This document shows, one piece after another, positions 47,827 to 57,000 of a stretch of DNA of 64,000 nt. A model generated the notes under the pieces. It saw only the letters and a list, made by a program, of their open reading frames with translations. It was not told the origin of the DNA and made no database searches. The number at the start of each line of letters is the position of its first letter. The stretch's first letter is position 1. A program made the translations under genes and the position numbers. Origin of the DNA: Octopus sinensis (lineage: Eukaryota); assembly GCF_006345805.1 (NCBI RefSeq), contig NC_043014.1, positions 12,338,001-12,402,000 of the forward strand, in the 5' to 3' direction.

Positions 47827-50800
47827 GGAAGAAGAAGAAGAAAAAGAAGAAGAAGAGGAAGGAGAAGATGAAGAAGTGGAGGAGGAGGAAGAAGAAGCAG
47901 CAGCCAGTGCCACCACCACCATCATTTAATGTCTGTTTTCTTTGCTGGCATGGGTTAGATGGTTTGACAGGAGCTGGTTAGGCAGAAAACTGCACCAGGC
48001 TTCACTGTCTGTTTTGGTAGGGGTTTTACAACTGGATGCCCTTCCTTACACCAACCACCTTACAGAGTGGATTGAGGGCTTTTTATACGGCACCAGCACA
48101 TTTTCCCCAACAAAAATTGTTACAGGCATGACCCTCCATGTCTCACACACAATCAGTGCCCCTAACCTCAAGATCCTTTGAATGAATCACATGCTGCACA
48201 GCCTAAAAGCATTTTGGCCTAGCATACTGCAGCCCATTTTGTGTTTGTGTGTGTGTGGCTCCTGCCAGAGAAGTACTCTTAACTTCCATATTAATCCTAC
48301 CAGAATCAGAGGACCTACAAAGGACATAGATTACAGCATCATCTCCAAGACCAAACTGTTAAAAAATATATTTTAAAAATCATTAGGATACATTGACCCC
48401 AACAGATTACTGTCCGATCTAGAAGAAATTTTTTTTTTTTATCCACTACCATAAAACTAGTAGAGGCACATGGCCTAGTGGTTAGAGCAGCGGACTTGTG
48501 GTCGAAGGATCGCGAGTTCGAATCTCAGACCGGGTGATGTGTGTGTTTATGAGAGAAACACCTAAGCTCCACGTGGCTCAGGTAGAAGGTAATGGCAAAC
48601 TTCTGCTGACTCTTTCACCACAACTTTCTCTCACTCTTTCCTCCTGCATCTTGCAGCTCACCTGCAACGGACCAGCATCCCGTCCAGGTGAGGAACCTAT
48701 ACATCAAGGAAACTGGGAAACTGGCCCTTATGAGCCAGGGATTGCTCCAGAAGGAACAAACAAACAAACCATAAAACCAAAGCTAAGACCAGCTTCTAAA
48801 AGCCTGTAGCAGGGTTAGATGGAATTTTGAAAAAAAAATTACCACTCCAGTTACCATCAGCATATCACAATGACAGAACAGAGATAAAAAGAAATCTTAT
48901 TGCAATATTATTTACCTCATCTTCCAATAGCTTCAGTGTCTTTTCTTCAACATCAAGCAAATCAGTGATTTTTTCATTATATATTTCCATGTATGAAACT
49001 CGCAGAAGAAACTGTCGATTTGGAGCCTTCAAATAAAAAAGAAAAGAAATGATAAAAAGAAGTCTTTCCCATTCTCTTACAACTGCCTTACAATGTCAAG
49101 ACAAGGAGAACACAAACATACATGTAAACACACACATACTTATGTATGATGAGTTTCTTTCAGTTTCCGGCTACCAAATCCAGTCACAAGATTTTGATCA
49201 GCCTGAGATTATAGTAGGATATACGTGCCCAAGATGCCACACAGCGGAACTGAACTTGAAATCATATTGTTGAGAAGCAAAGTCCTTAACCACAAATTTA
49301 TCTCTATAAACATTAAGGATAAGAAAAGGATCACTTTATGGTCCACAGTCCCAACACTGTTAAACCAATATAGTTTATAGTTTCCTGTACTAAATACTAT
49401 ATGGAACTGGAGGCGCAATGGCCCAGTGGTTAGGGCAGCGGACTCGCGGTCATAGGATCGCGGTTTCGATTCCCAGACCGGGTGTTGTGAGTGTTTATTG
49501 AGCGAAAACACCTAAAGCTCCACGACGCTCCAGCAGGGGATGGTGGTGATCCCTGCTGTACTCTTTCACCACAACTTTCTCTCACTCTTACTTCCTGTTT
49601 CTGTTGTACCTGTATTTCAAAGGGCCGGCCTTGTCACTCTCTGTATCACGCTGAATATCCCCGAGAACTACATTAAGGGTACACGTGTCTGTGGAGTGCT
49701 CAGCCACTTACACGTTAATTTCACGAGCAGGCTGTTCCGTTGATTCGGATCAACCGGAACCCCTCGTCGTCGTGACCGACAGAGTGCTTCCACTATATGG
49801 AACTGAATATGCTGGAAAACAGTTTTTAATACAAAATAACAAATTTCTAAGAGGGAAAAGTCCAATTTAATTAAGTGACCAAGATGTATGACTAGCCTTA
49901 CATAATTAACCCTTTCCAGATCATATTGCTAATGAAATACACTACCAATTGTTTGTGAAATACAGGCATCTCCCACTTTTGGAAGAGGTCCATTCTTAAA
50001 GAATTTTGCAATAATCTGAAGTTCTGTAATGTGAAACTGCTTTCCCCCAAAGGCACCACACCTAACATAATGCAAGAGACGATGACAATCATCAATTTGG
50101 AGGTGTTTATATTAAAATAACCAACTATTTCTTTGTTATGCTGGTGTTTGGAATATGACTTAACCCTTTCATTACTGTATTTATTTTGAGATGCTCTGTG
50201 TTTCTTAAAATTACTTTAAATGTAACAAAGAATTTAATAAAATAACTTAGTCATAATTCAGCTAGTGTCACGATCATAAATTGTGACTAAGGTTTGGTGG
50301 AAGATTTTAATTCGATACTTAGGAAAACAAGACATTTCTACGACAAAGCCAGAGCCAGTTTTGGCTGGGTTGGTATCAAAAGGGTTAAAGGGTCTTAAAT
50401 AAACTTATGAAATCAGAAATTTCTCATCATCAAACATCTCAGGTAAGTTAGCAACTAAGGAATAATGCAGATATTACAAACCACTGCAATTACCCCATGA
50501 CATTCACTGCAACCATGTGTCCCCTATCACGTGACGAAGCTATTTCCAGATTTAGATAGGTCTTCACTCCATATAAAATTTATCAGTAAGAATGTAGCAG
50601 AGAAAGCTTTGTAATTGTGACATCCTTTAGGACACTATCAAATGACATAATCAAACTATCTTTCAGCCAAACTGTAAATTGGCTGAGCAGAAGCCAATTA
50701 GGCTATCTTGATTAGTTCTATAACTAGCCAATTAGTAACCACCTTCCTGAGCCTCTTTTGCAGTATTTAAGGGAAATATAGTTAAAAATAGAAATGTAAA

Positions 50801-51767
50801 GAGGAAAAAAAGGCTTTCGCTAGCAACTGGAGAATATTAACACTCTCATCGTGTCTCTCTGTTTAAGTGCACATTATGATAACATTCAAACTGTTTGAGA
50901 GTTTTCCTACTTCTGTTAACTTGTTGAGAAAAATTTCTATAACCTTTGGAGACAAAGCCTACTAATGACTTTATACTTAAGACACAGCCATTTTCACAGG
51001 AGACAAAAATGCAGAAGTTATTTAATGTTCAGCTACAAAATATAACTGAATCTCAAAAAGGCAAAGGAATTATGTGTACTTTTGAAGAGATAGTTGATTT
51101 TTGTTCTTTGTAGCAAAACTAGTTATCTTTTAATAGTTAATCTATATATATAAAGCTGAAGTTGTCTGTGTGTGGCAGGTTTGGTAGCCTTCAACTAACA
51201 CTATCTCCTCCGAGACCCCACGGTGCAAGATGACCAAAATTGAGAGTATGATAGAAGAAGGTTTGCTCTTCATTCCGTATGAAATAAAATTCAAATCGGA
51301 CCATGTTAACACCAAAAATTATTTACATCAAAAAGCTGCTCTTTTTCTATGAAAATCCCTATTTTTTACGATTTTTGACAATTGTGTCGCCATTTTTCGG
51401 TGTATTTCAACCAAAAAAATGTTCACTTAAAGAGAATAACAAGCTACATAATGCAACATTTTTACTTCTCAAAAATTCCAATTCTAAGGGTCGAAACAAA
51501 CCCAAGCAATGCCGGGCGATACTGCTAATAATTGTAATATTTAATGCATACTCTCTTTTTACTCTTTTACTTGTTTCAGTCATTTGACTGCGGCCATGCT
51601 GGAGCACCACCTTTAGTCAAGCAAATTGACCCTGAGACTTATTCTTTGTAAGCCCAGTACTTATTCTATCGGTCTTTTTTGCCGAACCGCTAAGTGACAG
51701 GGACGTAAACACACCAGCATCGGTTGTCAAGCAATGCTAGGGGGACAAACACAGACACACAAACACG

Positions 51768-51828
<61 letters not shown>

Positions 51829-53953
51829 GACAGGCTTCTTTCAGTTTCCGTCTACCAAATCCACTCACAAGGCATTGGTCGGCCCGGGGCTATAGTAGAA
51901 GACACTTGTTCAAGATGCCACGCAGAGGGACTGAACCCGGAACCATGTGGTTGGTAAGCAAGCTACTTACCACACAGCCACTCCTGCGCCTATATAAAAC
52001 TATAATATAAACATAATAAAAGGAATAAAATGATATGGCTAACAATATCATTTCTTCATTGCTGTTTTTTTTCTTACCAAAGAAATGTCTCAAGTTTACT
52101 TACATTATCGATGGCATCAAACATGGACTGCATTGCCATTGGAATTATTCCTTTCTCTTCTTTTGACCCAGACATTGTGTAGGTTTTCCCTGAAGAAGTC
52201 TGGCCATAAGCAAAAATGGTTCCTAAAAATGATTAAAAAGTAAACATTATTTGTGTATGGGCAGAGAGAGGGAAGAGGATAGCTACGATGAGAGGAAGAG
52301 AGATGTTTACATTGAATTGATTTAAACAATGGCTCTATAGTTTAACCCTTTAACATTCAAATTACTCTCTCAAATGTAATGCTTATTTATTCACACTGTA
52401 ATCTACATTATCTTGTAGCTTCAAAGATTCCAATGACATGAAAGGTAGGTATGAGAGGCTGAATCTGGCCAGCTTGAACATAGAATAGGTATAAAATTTG
52501 GGCCAGTTTAAATGCTGAAGGGTTGATTATAATGCAATACAACAAACCACATACCAGGTCTTTATTCAGACAGGTGGCTATTTGCAACATTAATGAATGG
52601 CATAGGAGTGGCTGTGTTGTAAGTAGCTTGCTTACCAACCACATGGTCCAGGGTTCAGTCCCACTGCGTGGCACCCTGGGCTAATGTCTTCTACTATAGC
52701 CCTGGGCCGACCAAAGCCTTGTGAGTGGATTTGGTAGACGGAAACTGAAAGAAGCCCATCGTTTATATGTATATATATATGTATATGTTTCTGTGTTTGT
52801 CCCCCTACCATCGCTTGACAACCGATGCTGCTGTTTACATCCCCGTAACTTGGCGGTTCGGCAAAAGAGACCGATAGAATAAGAAGTACTAGGCTTACAA
52901 AGAATAAGTCCTGGGGTCGATTTGCTTGACTAAAGGCGGTGCTCCAGCATGGCTACAGTCAAATGACTAAAACAAGTAACAGAGTAAAATAGAATGTTAC
53001 GTTCACTATTTCCTACATTGCAGAGAATGAATTCTCATAAAAATGTACAGACTTATGCTTTATATAGTTTCATACACAGGGTTTGAGTCAAAACCTATGG
53101 CTAGAGTAGAAGGCACTCACCCAGTTGCTATGCAACTGAGAGACCAAAGAGAAAATCGTGATTGCAAAGGTGAGGAAGTGATGGAAGAGCACACCCCCTT
53201 CCTTCAGTCATGAATGACCATCAGATTGCACCTAGAAGGTTACCCTCAAAAAGCACCCACTACACTCGTGGAGTGGTTGGCGTTAGGAAGGGCATCCAGC
53301 CGTAGAAACTCTGCCAGATCAGACTGGAGCCTGGAGCAGCCCCTGGCTTCTCAGACCCCGGTCGAACCGTCCAACTCATGCTAGCGCGGAAAACGGACGT
53401 TAAACGATGATGATGATGAAGGTTGTTTAGAGATCAGCCTGCCCTCTCCATGCCACAGATGTTATCCAAGGGAAAGGCAAAGTCCGATACAGCTTGGCAC
53501 TAGTGCCGGTGCAGTTCATTTCTACAGCTGAACTGGAGCAACATGAGATAAAGTGTCTTAATCAATAACACAACACACAGCCTGGTCTGGGAATTGAAAT
53601 CGCTACCTCATGATTGTGAGCCCGATGCTCTAACCACTGAGCCATACCTTCACATATGATTACAAAGCAAACTTCTTAAGTGCACAACCACAGCTATTCC
53701 CATACTGCAAGACCAAGACTGAAGATGTGGCACCCTCTCAACCACATGGTTCCGGGTTCATTCCTACTGTGGGGCACCTTGGGTAAGTGTCTTCTACTAT
53801 AGCCTCAGGCTGACCAAAGCTTTGTGAGTGGATTTGGTAGACAGAAAGTGAAAGAAGCCTGTTGTATATATATGTGTGTGTGTATATATACATACATATA
53901 TATATATATATATACATACATACATATACACACACATATATATATGTGTGTGT

Positions 53954-54008
<55 letters not shown>

Positions 54009-57000
54009 ATATGTTTGTATGTCTGTGCTTGTCCCCTCAACATCGCTTGACAACCGATGCTGGTGTGTTTACACCCCCGTAACTTAGCGGTTTGGCAAAA
54101 GAGACCGATATAAGTACTAGGTTTACAAAGAAAAAGTCCTGGGGTCGATTTGCTTGACTAAAGGCGGTGCTCCAGCACGACAGCATTCAAATGACTGAAA
54201 GAGAGTAAAAGAGAGGAGTGAAAGAAAACAAAAAAATCTTAAATGAGAAAATTGCCTACCATTGAAACCCTCCATAGTGGCACAAATAATTGGTTCCACA
54301 GTTTCATGATAAATGTCTGCAGTGATGTCATTACAATCATAAACACGATCTACAAAAACAAAACAATGTTTCACCATTAGTATTTCTGTAATCAGCTGGC
54401 AGAATTGTTAGTATGCTGGATAGAAATAGCTAGAGACATTTGATCTATAGTGGGTATATGTGTGTTACCATTGTTAGGTCGGTGAAGTGCTGATTAGGTG
54501 TGGACTGCGTGTAAATGAAAAATAAACACTTACTAAATATAACAATTTTTATCCTTTTGGAGATGCATTGCAGGATGTTGTGGCATTCTTGCATGCACCA
54601 TTTAAATATAAACAGAGCAAGCAAATATATCATCAGGAAGTACCTAGTGAGAGAGAGGTATCACAACACCACGTGTAGGGCACTGAAGCAAAGAAAGAGA
54701 GCTGGCAGTCCTAGCTGTGGGCAGTTGGCAAGCTGACTGCCCAAAAGGGAAAGAGGAAGTGTCCTTTTAGTTGGGCTCCTTATATGCCTTTCATAACTTC
54801 TGTTAAGGGCTGTTGTGTTTTGCACATGCATTATGGCTGTCTGCTTTGTCCCTTCTGGGCCTTTTACGTTTAGCCCTGAGATAATCCAAGCAGTCATGGC
54901 AGGTATGCTACAGATCTATCTTAATGTTCTGAGTTCAAATTCCACCATGGTCAACTTTGCCTTTCGTCTTTTTGGGGTCATTAATTGGTAAAGGGGAAAA
55001 ATTCTGAAGCTTGGAATTTTGTTATTGGCGCAAATGTTGATGTATTGGCTGAATGCTATTTTTCTGTTTTTGGGAATTTTGATCTGGGATCTGTGCTGAG
55101 CCATCCTTTGATGTAGACTGTTTTTTGTTTGGCCTATGTATTGCTCTTGACACCCAGAGCAGGTTAGTGCATATATCAGGTTTTCCAAAGCACATGTGAA
55201 GCTGCTTTTCACTGTGAAACGTTGTGCCTGTTTGAAGGAGAACTCTGATCCCTCGATTAAATTGACGCATATCCCACAGTTAGGTCTTCCATATTTTTTT
55301 CACTGACGGCTTCTATGTTGTTGTTGAGTGTATTCGGGCTTGTGTTAGGAGACTTTCCATAGATTTGGGTTGTCTCTTGCTTTTTATGATGGTGTGTTTG
55401 AAGGATTAAGTACATTCTGAGATCCTTTTTATATACACATTACACACACACACACACACATGTATTTGTATATGCGTGTGAGTGAGCATATGTTTGTTTC
55501 CTTTATTCATTCATATTGGCTTGAATTAATCATTGCAATATCTCATAGCTTTGATATTTCAACAATGTGACTGGTTATTTTTAGAATGATAACATTGTAG
55601 GGTAGATGCGAGAGGCCAAATCAAGTTGGTTTGAGCATAAAAACAAGTAGAATATTTGGAGCAGATACAACCAGCTTAAACGCTAGAGGGTTAACGCCCA
55701 TTTTTTCATGCTGGCATGGGTTGGATGGATTTTATTATAGGATATTTTACACAAAGTGGCATAAATTGTTTGAAGATGAGGAAAAGATAACACGCTTTCA
55801 TCCTCTCTCAGTTTGCCAGCATTTCTGTTGACACCTTCCTTTAACAAGTAAAATTTAAGCACTTACCAAACATATATGACTGATTATTGGTTCCTTCTGT
55901 AGCTGAGATAATTCTCTTCTCTCTGGTTTGCCAAGCCAAGTCACTGCCATTGTGCTTCTCACTACAAGAGAAAAATATGTACATATAAAATTGGCTGTGT
56001 GGTAAGTAGCTTGTTTACCAACCACATGGTTCCAGGTGGCATGTGATCCGTGTATATATTTATATATAGAAAGAATTTGGTATAAATTGCAAATAATATG
56101 ATATATAATGATTTAATAAGAACTCCATGTAATCTATTATACTTCAAGAAGATACATCAAAGGAAATAGTGCCTCAGAAACAACTGTGAAGGCAAAAATC
56201 TTGAATATATCTTTCTATTATATATGACAATTGGAGAGAAAGTAATTCAAAAGTGGGCGTAACATTTTTACTAACTGACACAGAACATTCAAATTGCACA
56301 TAGTGGGAGAGTAACTATTCCTGAATAATTCTCCTTTACAGTTTTCTCTGCAGGCAGATAGTGGCAGCATTTTGCTTCTGCATAGAATCCATCAACTTCT
56401 TGATAAAAGCAAGGTGCAGATTGTCCAATATCCACAAAAGGTTGCAGCTTGTTAATAGAAATAACACCACTAACAAGAACAATCTGCATAGATGGATGAA
56501 AGAATTTAAAGAAGGGGAAATTGGCATTGGAAACAAGCCACACCCTGGAAGAACATTCACTATGACTACTGATGCAGATCACCAGTAGTTGGGAATGAAT
56601 TGATTTATGATCTATGACCTTGCTGCACAAAAGCATGGTGGTCACAATGCATTAAAGAAGATTAAGTATCGGAAAATGTATACAAAATGGGTACCTTAGC
56701 TACTGACACCCAATTTGGAAGAAAGAACGAACACCATTTTTTATCTGATTTTATCATCATCATCATCACTTAGCGTCCATTTTCCATGTTGACATGGGTT
56801 GGACGATTTGACAGGAGCTAACTAGCTGAAGGGCTGTTCAGGTTCCATGTCTGTTTTGGCATGGTTTCTATGGCTGAATGCCCTTCCTAATGCCAACCCC
56901 TTTACAGAGTGTATTGGGTGCTTTTATGCAGCACCGGCATGGGTGCTTTTTATGTGACACCAGCACCTAAGGGCCTGCAAGACTAGGGATGCTCAGTTGG

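Noticed and set aside
47326-47929. Poly-E, poly-S and poly-R ORFs
   Set aside because: They are translations of the GAA/GAG low-complexity tract; the only real coding part is exon 47397-47481.
53805-54087. Y/I/V/C-rich ORFs
   Set aside because: They are translations of (TA)n/(TG)n microsatellites within a SINE.
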